64,000 nt of DNA from Alphaproteobacteria bacterium (GTDB lineage Bacteria > Pseudomonadota > Alphaproteobacteria > SP197), in contig OZ219918.1 of assembly GCA_964291415.2 (NCBI GenBank), forward strand, positions 96,001-160,000. The letters are read 5' to 3'. The position numbers were made by a program, and so were the translations under genes. The first letter of the stretch is position 1. Every line of letters begins with the position of its first letter. The notes beneath the pieces are model-generated. The model saw nothing but the letters and a program-made list of their open reading frames with translations. It did no database searches and was not told the origin of the DNA. Of the stretch, positions 1 to 11,550 are shown one piece after another.

Positions 1-602
1 AGTTCGGCACGACGCTGGCGATTGCCTCGGTCATGATGATGGGCGTGGCGGTCAACTGGATGGCCGCCGGTCTGCTGACCCTCGCCATCGCCTTCTATGT
101 CTTTGTCTACACGGTGTGGCTCAAGCGCCGGACACCCTGGAACATCGTCATCGGGGGCGCCGCCGGCGCCTTTCCTCCGGTCATCGGCGAAGCCGCCGTC
201 ACCGGCAGCGTGTCGGCCGCATCAGTCGCCCTCTTCGCCATCATCTTCATGTGGACTCCGCCGCATTTCTGGTCGCTGGCCCTCTATCGATCGGATGACT
301 ACCGCCGCGCCGGCATTCCGATGCTGCCGGTCACGTCCGGCGCCACGGCGACGCGCTGGCAGATCCTTGCCTACAGCGTTCTCATGATTCCGGTGTCGAT
401 GACCCCCTGGTTCCTTGGCAGTGCCGGCGCCCTCTATGGTGCTGGCGCCGCCGGCTTGTCGGTCATTTTCGCGTGTGGTGGCGTTGCCCTCCTGGTGCGC
501 CGCAGCGAGGCATCGGCGCGCTGGATGTTCAGGTACTCCATTCTCTACCTTGCAGCGCTCTTCGCTCTCCTTGGCATCGATCACGGGATCTATGTGTCAT
601 GA
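1..602 (+). CDS. ctaB: Protoheme IX farnesyltransferase (heme o synthase), 5'-truncated by the window
   Basis: Motifs LKRRTPWNIVIGGAAGAFPP and WTPPHFWSLAL..DY..AGIPMLP; located in a cox operon. Confidence 0.95.
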   Translation, partial: FGTTLAIASVMMMGVAVNWMAAGLLTLAIAFYVFVYTVWLKRRTPWNIVIGGAAGAFPPVIGEAAVTGSVSAASVALFAIIFMWTPPHFWSLALYRSDDYRRAGIPMLPVTSGATATRWQILAYSVLMIPVSMTPWFLGSAGALYGAGAAGLSVIFACGGVALLVRRSEASARWMFRYSILYLAALFALLGIDHGIYVS

Positions 603-718
603 GCGAAGCCGAACGCATCAAGACGCAGCGCCGACGCCGCAGTATCGTGATCGCCCTCGTTCTCGCCGCGTTCATCCTCGTCATCTATGGCGTCTCGATC
701 GTCAGGATGGGCGGCTGA
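599..718 (+). CDS. Small single-TM protein of cox operons (CoxF-like), MSEAERIKTQRRRRSIVIALVLAAF...
   Basis: ATGA overlap with the ctaB stop; Arg-rich stretch followed by a TM helix; usual position between ctaB and ctaG. Confidence 0.75.
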   Translation: MSEAERIKTQRRRRSIVIALVLAAFILVIYGVSIVRMGG

Positions 719-1330
719 GTGATGAGCAAGCGAACGACCGTCGCAGGGATTGTCGCCGGCATCGCCCTGATGACGGCGCTGACCGTGGCGGCGGTGCCGC
801 TCTACCGCCTGTTCTGTCAGGTGACGGGGTTCGGCGGCACGCCCACCACGGCGAATGCCGCCCCCGGGTTCAGCGGGGATCCGACACTCGTCACGGTACG
901 GTTCAATGCCGATACGGCGCGCGGACTCTTCTGGGAATTCCGCCCGCTGCTGAAGGAGGTCCGGACGCCGACGGGTGAGCAGGTCACGGTCTTCTACGAG
1001 GCGTTCAATCCCACGGGCCGGGAGATTACCGGAGTCTCGACCTTCAATGTCACGCCTTTGAAGATCGGCGAGTACTTCGCCAAGATCGACTGCTTCTGCT
1101 TCGTCGAGCAGACACTCAAGCCCGGTGAGCGTGTCGCCATGCCGGTCACGTTCTTCGTCGATCCGGAAATGCTGAAAGATCCGCTGACCGCTGAGGTCCG
1201 CAGCATCACACTGTCCTATACGTTCTTTGCCAGCGACAGGATGGCCGAGGCCCTGCTTCCGGATCCGCTGGCCATGCACACCATGACCGGTGGCCGGATT
1301 CCGGCCGTATCGTTACGAGGAGAGACCTGA
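719..1330 (+). CDS. ctaG: Cytochrome c oxidase assembly protein CtaG/Cox11
   Basis: VPLYRLFCQVTGFGG and the Cu-binding KIDCFCF motif. Confidence 0.95.
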   Translation: MMSKRTTVAGIVAGIALMTALTVAAVPLYRLFCQVTGFGGTPTTANAAPGFSGDPTLVTVRFNADTARGLFWEFRPLLKEVRTPTGEQVTVFYEAFNPTGREITGVSTFNVTPLKIGEYFAKIDCFCFVEQTLKPGERVAMPVTFFVDPEMLKDPLTAEVRSITLSYTFFASDRMAEALLPDPLAMHTMTGGRIPAVSLRGET

Positions 1331-2142
1331 TGGCCGATCATTCATCCACGCATCCCTACCATCTGGTCAATCCCAGTCCCTGGCCCGCGCTTGGCGCCTT
1401 CTCCGCCTTCGTGCTGGCCGCCGGGATGATCGGCATGTTCGACAACCCGGGACGGTGGTGGATGATCTTTCCGGGACTGGCGCTTGCCCTGTCGACCATG
1501 TTCTTCTGGTGGCGCGACGTGGTGAGCGAGGCCCAGGTCGAGAAGGCGCACACCCCGGTGGTGCAGATCGGACTGCGCTACGGCATGGCGCTGTTCATCG
1601 CCTCGGAGGTGATGTTCTTCCTTGCCTGGTTCTGGGCCTACTTCAACGCCGCCCTCTTTCCCACCATCCAGATGGGCGGCATATGGCCGCCCGAGAATGT
1701 CCTCACGTTTGATCCCTGGGATCTTCCCTTCATCAACACGCTGGTGCTGCTGACTTCGGGCACCACCGTCACATGGGCTCACCATGCCTTGAGGGAAGGA
1801 AAGCGCGATCAGCTGATCGCCGGCCTGTGGGTCACGGTGGTGCTCGGCATCACCTTCACGGCCTTCCAGATCGTCGAATATGTCGAGGCGCCGTTCCCCT
1901 TCAGCGGCGGGATCTACGGTTCCACCTTCTTCATGGCCACCGGCTTCCATGGATTCCACGTCATCGTCGGCACCATCTTCCTCAGTGTCTGCCTGGTCCG
2001 GGCCTGCAAGGGCCACTTCACCCCGCAGCAGCACTTCGGGTTCGAGGCGGCCGCCTGGTACTGGCACTTCGTCGATGTCGTCTGGCTCTTCCTGTTCTGC
2101 TGCATCTACTGGTGGGGTGCGGGGGAAATCGCCCCGCACTGA
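1330..2142 (+). CDS. coxC: Cytochrome c oxidase subunit III
   Basis: HPYHLVNPSPWP, FIASEVMFF, TGFHGFHV, AAWYWHFVDVVWL. Confidence 0.97.
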   Translation: MADHSSTHPYHLVNPSPWPALGAFSAFVLAAGMIGMFDNPGRWWMIFPGLALALSTMFFWWRDVVSEAQVEKAHTPVVQIGLRYGMALFIASEVMFFLAWFWAYFNAALFPTIQMGGIWPPENVLTFDPWDLPFINTLVLLTSGTTVTWAHHALREGKRDQLIAGLWVTVVLGITFTAFQIVEYVEAPFPFSGGIYGSTFFMATGFHGFHVIVGTIFLSVCLVRACKGHFTPQQHFGFEAAAWYWHFVDVVWLFLFCCIYWWGAGEIAPH

Positions 2143-2215
2143 CGCTGCGCCGGGGACCTGATGTTCCCGGCCGGTCCCGGAAGAGTCCTGTTGACCTGAA
2201 CCGGGCGGCGCCCGC

Positions 2216-2938
2216 TCAGGCCATGTGGGCGCCACCGTTGACGGAGAGGGTCGAACCGGTGATGAAACCGGCGTCGTCGGCGGCGAGAAACAGGACACAG
2301 CGCGCCACTTCCTCCGGCTGCGCCACCCGGCCCACGGGGATGCCGGAGACGATGCGCTGCATCATCGCTTCGCTGACATGGGCAATGAGATCGGTGTCGA
2401 CATAGCCCGGCGCGACGGCATTGACGGTGATCCCCTTCGAAGCATTCTCGCGGGCCAGTGCCTTCGTCAGGCCGAGCATGCCCGCCTTGGCGGCCGAATA
2501 GTTCGACAGTCCCAGCATACCGGCCTGGCCGTTGACGGAACTGATGTTGACGATCCGTCCGAACCCGCGGCTGCGCATGCCGCCGATGACCGCGCGGCAC
2601 ATGTGAAAACATGAACTCAGGTTGACATCCACGACCCTCGACCAGTCCTCGTCCGCCATCTTGTGAAGGAACCCGTCGCGCGACGTGCCGGCGTTGTTGA
2701 CCAGGACCTCGATACCGCCGATCTGCTCCTCGACGAGGGCCACGCCCTCCTGGCAGGCATCGTGGTCCGAGACATCCCAGCGGAATGACGGAATGTCGGT
2801 CCGCGCGGTGAAGTCCCGGGCAGCCTCGACGTTGCCGGAATAGCTCACGGCGACCGTGTAGCCGGCGGCGGCGAGGGCTTCGGCGATGGCGGCGCCGATA
2901 CCGCGCGTGCCGCCGGTGACGAGAGCGTTCCTGCTCAT
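2216..2938 (-). CDS. phbB: Acetoacetyl-CoA reductase
   Basis: SDR motifs VTGGTRGIG, NNAG, ISSVNG, NYSAAKAG; directly downstream of the thiolase. Confidence 0.9.
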   Translation of the reverse strand: MSRNALVTGGTRGIGAAIAEALAAAGYTVAVSYSGNVEAARDFTARTDIPSFRWDVSDHDACQEGVALVEEQIGGIEVLVNNAGTSRDGFLHKMADEDWSRVVDVNLSSCFHMCRAVIGGMRSRGFGRIVNISSVNGQAGMLGLSNYSAAKAGMLGLTKALARENASKGITVNAVAPGYVDTDLIAHVSEAMMQRIVSGIPVGRVAQPEEVARCVLFLAADDAGFITGSTLSVNGGAHMA

Positions 2939-2967
2939 GATGACATGGTCTCCCGATCTGCTGCGCT

Positions 2968-4140
<1,173 letters not shown>

Positions 4141-4311
4141 GACGGGAATCTCCACTCATGGCTGGCGATCCCTTGTGCCACAGGTCCGGCGATCGAGTCG
4201 AGATGCGACAGGGCGCCGGTCCGTCACGTGGAGCGGGATTGCGGTGTCTCGCGGGCGGGTCGGCGAGGCTCGCCAGGGATGACGTCGCCCCGCATCATGT
4301 CTCCCCGGCCG

Positions 4312-6008
4312 TCAGCCTTCGGGACCGAAGGTCGCATGCTCCGACCACCACAAAGGCACCTTGATGGTTTCGGACGTGAGCGGTCCCTTTCCTTCGGCGA
4401 CCCGGCGTGCGGTGTCGTATCCGGACTGGGCATAGCGGACGATGCCGATACCGCCGTCGGTGGTCATGGCCGCCTCGATGCGCAGGGCGCTCTCCGCGGT
4501 GCCGTCGGCGATGATCGTGACGCCCGTGTGATGGGACACACCCATCGTGCCGTTGGCCTGTATGGAGACGAGATCGGCCATGGCCGCGGTGTTGAGCAGG
4601 GCGTTGAGGAACGGCCAGTCCGAAATGCGTCGGAACCGTCCTTCATGGTCTCGGTCTCCATGGCCGGATTGGCGATGGATCCCGCATCCAGATTGTCCCT
4701 GGAGAAGGCGATCGGCCCCTCGACGTCTCCACGGCCAACCAGCCGGTTGACGGCCAGGGCGAAGTCCTTCCTCTGCCCGAAACCCATGAAGCAGACCCGC
4801 GCGGGAAGCCCTTCGACGGGGAGGTGCTTGCGTGCAAGCGGAATCCAGCGCTGCGTGACGGGACACTCGGGAAACATCTCCAGCGCCAGGTCATCGAGCC
4901 GGTCGCGATCCGCCGTCGATCCCGATATGCAGGTCCAGCGAAAGGGGCCCCTGCCGAGTTCGAAGATCCGGGGACGCCAGTACGCGGAGACAAAGCCCGG
5001 ATAGCCGAAGGCCTCGTCCTGGTCCATGCCGGCATCGAAGGCCTCCTTTCGGGCAAAGGTGCCGAACTCGAAGACTTCGCAGCCGTGGTCGCGGAAGCGG
5101 TTCATGGCTCCCACGATGCGCTTGATCGACTCCCGGGCGTACTCCAGATAGATCGTGCGGGATTGCGCGCGAACGCCGGCGGCGCGGTCCGGCGAGAGAC
5201 CGGAGGGAATGACGGCCAGGGGATCGTGAAACGGGCACATCTCCGTCACGATATCGGGAAACCAGCCCTTCGAGAGGGCCTCTTCGCAGACGTCCACCAT
5301 GTTGCCGCAGAGGACGATCGAAAGGGGTTCCCTTGCCTCGGCCGCCCTGCGGGCCAGTTCGATGGCCGACACGAGGTCGTCTGCCTCGACATCGACCCAG
5401 CCGTCCCGCAGACGTTGCTCCACGACGTCCTTCCTGACCTCGACAGTGACCGAGACACCGCCATGCATGGTCATGGCCCGGGGCTGGGAACGGCCCATGC
5501 CGCCGAGGCCCGCGGTGAAGAAGATTCGGCCGGCGAGGTCGCCGTCCCACCGGTTGTCGGCAATGCAGGCAAGGGTCTCGAAGGTCCCTTCCACCACGCC
5601 CTGGCTTCCGATGTACTCCCACGGGCCGGCGGTGTAGGACGAGAAGGTCGTCAGGTTGCGGTCCATGAGGTCGTAGAACTTCTCCCAGTCGGCCTGGATG
5701 ACATTGGAGAGCGCCATGACGACACGCGGCGCCAGCCTGTGCGTCCGGAAAACCGCCACCGGCATGCCCGCCTGGATGGCGAGGGTCTCGTCATCCTCGA
5801 GATTCTTCAGGGTGTCGACGATCGCATGGTAGCTTTCCCAGTTCCGCGCCGCCTTGGCGATTCCGCCGTAGACGATCAGGCGTGACGGGTCTTCCGCGTT
5901 CTCGAGGTTGTTCTCCAGCATGCGCAGCAGCGATTCCTGCTTCCAGCCCTTGCAACGCAACCGGGGTCCTCGCTCCGCCCTGACCTGCCTGAAGACATCT
6001 GCCGGCAT
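4312..6008 (-). pseudogene. hutU: Divergent urocanate hydratase (HutU-family) homolog with a 1-nt frameshift near 4627
   Basis: LLRMLENNL, IVYGG..KAARNW, TAGLGGMG, GRGPFRW, LPARVCF, ETETMKDGSDA; the C-terminus ISDWPFLNALLN continues in another frame. Could be a sequencing error. Confidence 0.85.
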
Positions 6009-6119
6009 GGCCACCCTCCACTCTGGTGGCGCGAGTTTGCCATCGACGCGCCACGCGCGCGATTGCCGGAACGTCATTCGGAGCGTGACTGCCCGGAACT
6101 GCACCCGGCAAGGGGGAGA

Positions 6120-6435
6120 TCCGGCACACCGAGGATCACGGCACAAGGCGCTTCGATGCGGCCGGAAAGACGGTCTCCGCCCAGCGCTCCCGGGAAAGGG
6201 GCACCATCAGCACCTGCCTGAGAGCGCCCACGGCTGACACTCGCCGCACTCACGCGAAAGCGCGTCGCCGCAACGCGGTGGCTCAAGCTCCCGGCCCGCG
6301 CCTCAAGAACCCAAACCCGGAGATCAAGGGAAAGCACCTTCGACATGTCTGCCGGCCTCGTTCCCGGCAGACAGCGTGAATCACAAGCCAGACGCCTTGG
6401 GCATCCCTTTCGATTCACTCAGATAGGTTGCGCTC
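6120..6435 (-). mobile_element. IS630-family remnant (left end plus degenerate HTH ORF starting at 6346)
   Basis: MSKVLSLDLRV.VL...GSLSHR.AA.RF.VSAASVSR...ALGGDR.SGRIEA resembles the N-terminus of alphaproteobacterial IS630 transposases; no DDE domain seen. Confidence 0.75.
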
Positions 6436-6559
6436 CGGGTCGCGACCATAGCGGCGCTCACCTCGGATGGTCGGTTTGTGACCTGAAGCTGACGCCGTCC
6501 GCGCGATTCACATGTGACGTGAAAGTGGTGTGTCATCGGTACGGCGCCCATTTCCAACG

Positions 6560-7621
6560 TCAAGCATTCCAGTCAAATGCACCGCAAGCCTCGTCAAACT
6601 GCCGCAGATGGGAAGACCTCTGCTGGTTTGTCATCCAGGCCGATTGATAACCGTTGCGCATGAGCTTGATCAGGGTCTCAGTCGACAGGTTCCCGTTTCT
6701 CTGGGCCTCAATCAGTGTCCTGTTCAACCACCCTGAACCAAACTGTTCCGGATCATCAGAGTTGATCGTTATCATGACCCCGCGATCCATCAATCTGATC
6801 AACATATCCAGATTGCCGGCAGATGCAGTCTCATCCTCGAACACATACCGTGTAGGGCACCCTGTCAACGCGATCCCCTTGTCCACGAGGAGTGATACGA
6901 GATCATCATCTTCGATCGCGTTTAACCCGTGGTCGATGCGTTCTACGCCCAGAGCTTCAATGCAGTCGCGAATATGCCGGAGAGAGTTTGGCTGGTGCAC
7001 GTCACAATGAGAGGTGAGCCTGTAGCCTTGCTCCCTCGCCCTAGAAAAAAGGGGTGAGAACGTATTCGGAAAGTCGTCTATCTCCGGGTTGTCGAGACCG
7101 ACTCCAACGATGTCTTCCCTGTATGGATGGACGTTATCCAGGATAGCGCAGGCGTCATCCAGGCTTTGATCGCGTTGGAAACACATGATCCATTGTGTTT
7201 CGATTCCGAACTCGTCCTGTGCAGTCCGTGCGCCCGAAAACAACCCTTCGAGCAGCGCATCGAGACTGACGCCCTGGCGCAGTCCCTGTTGCGGATCGAA
7301 CATGATCTCGGCATACACGATGTTCTCGCCATGGCACTTCTTGAGGCACCTGTACGCAATTTCCTCGTAGTCTCGACCTGTACGCAAAACCGAACGACAA
7401 ACGTCCAGGCACTCAATGAAGCTGATCAGGCCTGCTTCCCCATCTCCGTTGCGTCCGTTCGCCTTCTGGGCGAACAGGACGTCACCGGCCCGCTCGTACG
7501 GCAATCGGACGCCATTCCGCTCAGCGATGGAGAACAGCAAGTCAGGTTCGATCGTTCCCTCAATGTGGATATGCAGTTCCACCTTTGGCATTGCTTCGAT
7601 GAACTCTGAGATCCTGGTCAT
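6560..7621 (-). CDS. add: Adenosine/adenine deaminase family protein (HxD variant)
   Basis: MPKVELHIHIEGT, ERIDHG, TINSDDP; has HCDVHQ in place of HAGE; visibly lower GC than its neighbours. Confidence 0.85.
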   Translation of the reverse strand: MTRISEFIEAMPKVELHIHIEGTIEPDLLFSIAERNGVRLPYERAGDVLFAQKANGRNGDGEAGLISFIECLDVCRSVLRTGRDYEEIAYRCLKKCHGENIVYAEIMFDPQQGLRQGVSLDALLEGLFSGARTAQDEFGIETQWIMCFQRDQSLDDACAILDNVHPYREDIVGVGLDNPEIDDFPNTFSPLFSRAREQGYRLTSHCDVHQPNSLRHIRDCIEALGVERIDHGLNAIEDDDLVSLLVDKGIALTGCPTRYVFEDETASAGNLDMLIRLMDRGVMITINSDDPEQFGSGWLNRTLIEAQRNGNLSTETLIKLMRNGYQSAWMTNQQRSSHLRQFDEACGAFDWNA

Positions 7622-7961
7622 GGAAGTCTTGCCTATGATCAATCGATTGCCGATGTCTCGATGATAACCCCGGTTTTCCGGTGTGTCGCTTGGCAGGAGA
7701 GGAAACCTTGCCAACGCTGACGGCTGCAACTGGCCATGAAGCGACCCTTATGGCGCAGGACACTGGCGCGACTTCGGACGTGACGCCGGCCCATGACGGT
7801 GGCTCAACGGTAGACAATTGGCGCCCTCAAGGTGCCTGGTTACGCGTCAGGTCCATCAAGGCCCTCGTCAAACACGACGGGGCCGACACGCCTCCTGGCA
7901 ACAGGCGGGTCGATCCTTGCCAGGCGGAACGACTATCGGCGCGCTATAGCGGGACACGGCA

Positions 7962-9407
7962 TCAGCGGTCCGCACCCATGGTCGGCAAGCTGAGGGGCGC
8001 GATCGTTGCGGCACTGCGCCCGGCGAAATCGCGCTTCGGACCGCCGGCCAGCATGCGGGCCTGGGCCTCCTGCAGGCGATCGTGCGCCGCCTCGGGATCG
8101 AGCGTCGTGACCCTGCCGTCGGCCACGACCTGACGGCCGTCCACAAAGACATCCTTCACCGCACGGTCCGCTGCCGAGAAGACCAGGCTGCGCAGGGGAT
8201 CGCGCACGGGCCGCATGTGGTGATTGGCGAGATCGGCGATCACGATGTCGGCCCTGGCGCCGGGCGCGAGGCGGCCGAGATCGTCGCGGCCCAGGGCGTT
8301 CGCCCCGCCGACGGTGGCTGCATCGAGGATGTCGGCGAGACCGAGGGCAGCGATGTCGCCGGCCGCAATGCGCGCCAGTACGGCCGCCTTGCGCATCTCC
8401 TCCAGGAAATTGTGGGGCAGGGTGTCCGTGCCGATGCCCATAGCCACGCCGGCCTTCAGGTAGCGTCCGAAGTCCTCCAGCACCTGGCCGTAGCGGCAAA
8501 ACGGGGTGGGGCAGTGGGCCACCGTGACGCCGGTCTCGGCGAGGATCGAGAGATCGCGCCGGGTGCGCCAGTGGAGCCAGGAGTGATCGTCGATGAAGAT
8601 GGCGTGCGCCAGAAGCGCGCCGGGCGTCAGGAAGCCGATCGCTTTCGCCCATTGCACGGGGGTCATGCCGTGGCGCTCGACCATGAGGTTGAACTCGACG
8701 ACCGACTGCGCGATGTGGGTGGTGTAGGGGCGGCCGCTTGAGCGGGCCGCGGCAACGGTGTCGCGCAGGAGATCTTCGGTGCAGGTGTCGATGGTGCCGG
8801 GTGAATACATGCCCGAGAGCCGGCCGCACGGGTGCGCCTCGGCCTCGGACATAAGCGCCTCGGCTTCGGTCATGCCGCGAACGCCGTTCGCCTCGTCCCA
8901 CACGAAGCCCAGCCTGTGGCCGGCCTCCATTCGCCACGAGGCGGAGCCGTACCAGGGCGCAACCCAGGCTCTGAGCCCGCTCCTCGCGATGAGGTCGATC
9001 CAGCCCGGATAGGCGTGCGACACGTCCACCAGAGAGGTGACGCCGGAGCACAGAAGTTCCGAGAACGCCACCTCGGCCGCGGCCGAGGCGCCGTCATCGT
9101 CGGTACGAAAGGCGCAGCTGCGCTCGTAGAGCCCGGTCATGTACATCTCGGGCACGCCGTGCTCCTCGCGCACGCCCCTGTAGGCCGGCTCGGATGAGGG
9201 ATGGGCGTGAAGGTCGATCAGGCCGGGCAGGACAAAGAGCCCGCGTCCGTCGATTTCCCGGTCGGCATCGCCGGCAAAGCCTGGACCCACGTGCACGATG
9301 CGGTCATCGACAAAGGCGAGGTCGGCGTCGCGGAGATAGGCGTGCCGGCCCGCCGTCCGGTCCCATGCGACAAGCCAGGCGGCGTTCCGGATCAGCGTCG
9401 TGGGCAT
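7962..9407 (-). CDS. Amidohydrolase superfamily protein (chlorohydrolase/deaminase-like)
   Basis: PGLIDLHAH, VAHCP, IGTDT, AT.GGA.ALGRDDLG.L.PG..AD. Confidence 0.9.
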   Translation of the reverse strand: MPTTLIRNAAWLVAWDRTAGRHAYLRDADLAFVDDRIVHVGPGFAGDADREIDGRGLFVLPGLIDLHAHPSSEPAYRGVREEHGVPEMYMTGLYERSCAFRTDDDGASAAAEVAFSELLCSGVTSLVDVSHAYPGWIDLIARSGLRAWVAPWYGSASWRMEAGHRLGFVWDEANGVRGMTEAEALMSEAEAHPCGRLSGMYSPGTIDTCTEDLLRDTVAAARSSGRPYTTHIAQSVVEFNLMVERHGMTPVQWAKAIGFLTPGALLAHAIFIDDHSWLHWRTRRDLSILAETGVTVAHCPTPFCRYGQVLEDFGRYLKAGVAMGIGTDTLPHNFLEEMRKAAVLARIAAGDIAALGLADILDAATVGGANALGRDDLGRLAPGARADIVIADLANHHMRPVRDPLRSLVFSAADRAVKDVFVDGRQVVADGRVTTLDPEAAHDRLQEAQARMLAGGPKRDFAGRSAATIAPLSLPTMGADR

Positions 9408-9921
9408 CTGGTGTCCGATCTGCTGTTGCAAGAGGTGTTGACGTGGCCGATCAGCCCCTCATTCGGTGGGCAGGAGTTCATGATGCCCGCACCGTCGCTG
9501 ACCATGGAATCGCCGAAGCGGCATGCCTCGCTCTGTCGGCAGGGGACATCCGCGAAACGTTGTCGCCGACCGCAACGCCAGGCCCCCTGGCGCAGTGCAG
9601 AAAAGCCTCGTATGTCGCATGGGCGATGTCTGCTTGAGCCGTGGTTCCGGCGAGGCCTGTCACAAACGACGGACACGGCAAGACGTCTCAATCTCATGAC
9701 GGTCGCCCCGATGGGAAATCGAACGTCGAACCAATACGGACAATGCGACTGATCTGCAACGGCGGTAGAACATGTGGTTTCGGAGAGGTGTCTTGATCCG
9801 TCTGTGTAGCCGGGCCAGTTCCTCCTCGAGGCGGTCGAGGCCGCGTCGGGGAAGCGGCTGATGCCCGGCGAGCGAGCGCAGAACTGATCGGGTGTGACTT
9901 ATGCCCGATGTGCGGGCGCCG

Positions 9922-10381
9922 TTACTGTTCCGGTGACGGGTTCTGCGCCGAACTTGCGATCAACGACGCCCAGTCGTCGGGTGGGTTCCCCTGCGCGAGC
10001 ATTCTGGTGAACACCGCGTACGGATCGGTCTTGCTCCCGGAGGACCGCAACGTGTTTTCGTCATTGATCCAGGCATAGACGATTACCTTCGCCTTGGCAT
10101 CGTAGCGGAAGAACAGCCTGAATCTCCTGCCGATCTTGGCGCGTCGCCAGTGTCGGTAGTCTCTCCCGAGCGTACTTCCCTTGTCGGTACTCGGGCCGGG
10201 ATGGATCTTGCGGGATAACCTCCAGGATCGCCCGGTCGACTGCTCGCAACAGCTTGACGTTCGAATTGGATACAGCCCTTCCAGGGTCCCTTCGCCGGGC
10301 GCGCTCGGCTGCATCCTTGAGTCTGCCGCGCTGCCTGCTGAACTCCGTGTAGAACAGCAGTCTCCATCCGTGTCTTTCCAC
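9922..10381 (-). pseudogene. yhaV: YhaV-family toxin with a +1 frameshift near 10176
   Basis: The N-half (..IPQDPSRPEYRQG) and the C-half (TLG..YRHWRRAKIGRRFRLFFRYD...YAWIND..TLR..GSKTDPY.VF..ML..GNPPDDW) lie in different frames. Confidence 0.85.
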
Positions 10382-10701
10382 TACAGGTCCACATCGCCCT
10401 CGATGGGCTCATCGAGATCGATGTCCAGTTCGGCGTGTTCCAGCATCTCCTGCGCGACGTCGTCAGGGATCTCCTCCATCCCTCGACCTGCCTCGATCTC
10501 TTTCTCGATCAGATCGAGAAATGCCCTGATGGCTGGATCTTCGTGCTCGACATCAGCGCGACTCACGACGACCTGTCCGTTTTCGTGGAGTTCGAACGTC
10601 ACTTTGGTTCCGGTGTCGGCACCGAGTGCCTGGCGGATCGGCTTCGGTACCGTGATTTGCCCCTTCGCGGTCATCGTGGCCACTTCGTGGATGATTGGCA
10701 T
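10381..10701 (-). CDS. prlF: PrlF/SohA (AbrB-type) antitoxin
   Basis: TAKGQITVPKPIRQALG, HEDPAIRAFLDL, acidic tail; its stop overlaps the yhaV start. Confidence 0.9.
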   Translation of the reverse strand: MPIIHEVATMTAKGQITVPKPIRQALGADTGTKVTFELHENGQVVVSRADVEHEDPAIRAFLDLIEKEIEAGRGMEEIPDDVAQEMLEHAELDIDLDEPIEGDVDL

Positions 10702-10731
10702 GTCCGACACTCCTCTTGCGTGGCCTGCGAC

Positions 10732-10760
10732 ATCGTAAGGAACTGTCCTTACCTTATCAA
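10732..10760 (-). promoter_or_regulatory. Sigma70 promoter TTGATA-17-TACGAT with operator palindrome GTAAGGA-N4-TCCTTAC (10735-10752) for prlF-yhaV
   Basis: Both boxes and the inverted repeat are read directly upstream of prlF. Confidence 0.7.
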
Positions 10761-11550
10761 CCGAATGTGGCTGATGCGCGGTTTATCGCTTGCATCGTTG
10801 CGTTGCGCCTGTTCCTGCCTTCAGGTTCTGTCAGGACCATGCCAGCCTCCGAGAGGGTGATTTGGTCGCTCCTGACGACGACAGGTCTTCGCTGTTTGCC
10901 GGGCCCGGGACGCCAAGGTGGCCTCGTCGCACCGCCCGTTCACCTGGCGCGCGATGTTCGCGAAGAGCCCGTCCCGCCAACCAAGTCGTCAAGCCCGGTA
11001 CAGGCGCCGCCGCCCTTGGCCGGTCGCAAGAGGTCCCACTTCCGCCGGCGGGTTGCATGGGCATTCGAAGCTTGCGGCCGCAGTCTTCCGTGACAGGTCC
11101 CGCTGCATCCCGGGGCTCAGGCGGCCTCGACTCCACTCAATGGGGGAGGAGAAGAGCCGGTCGGGAACGAAGGTGCTGACGGAGAGGGGGCGGGCAGAGC
11201 CTGTCGGTCCCAAGACGGTGGCCAGTCTTGTGCTGGACGCCCTGAGGATCAGGAGCGACTGCCCGGAGGCGACCATGTTCGAGAAGATCTGGAGCCTGTG
11301 CGTCGAGGCTCCGCACCACCAGGTAGCGAGCGCCTGAGTCCTGTCGTTCGTCGTCGATGCGATACACCATCCTGGCGACCTCGAGACGGCGAGGCTGGCC
11401 TGATACGTGGAATGGCACATGCGCCAGCGCCGCGCACCGCTCGTCTCCGAAGACGAAGACGGACAGGTGGCACGCCGTCAGCGCACCCTCTGGCAGTTGA
11501 ACGAATTGCGGGCGTAGAGGGTGGCGCGGCTCGTGGCGGTCTCCGTCCGG

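Noticed and set aside
10770-11540. Possible gene or IS remnants between the two TA pairs
   Set aside because: Short coding-like patches, but no family could be assigned
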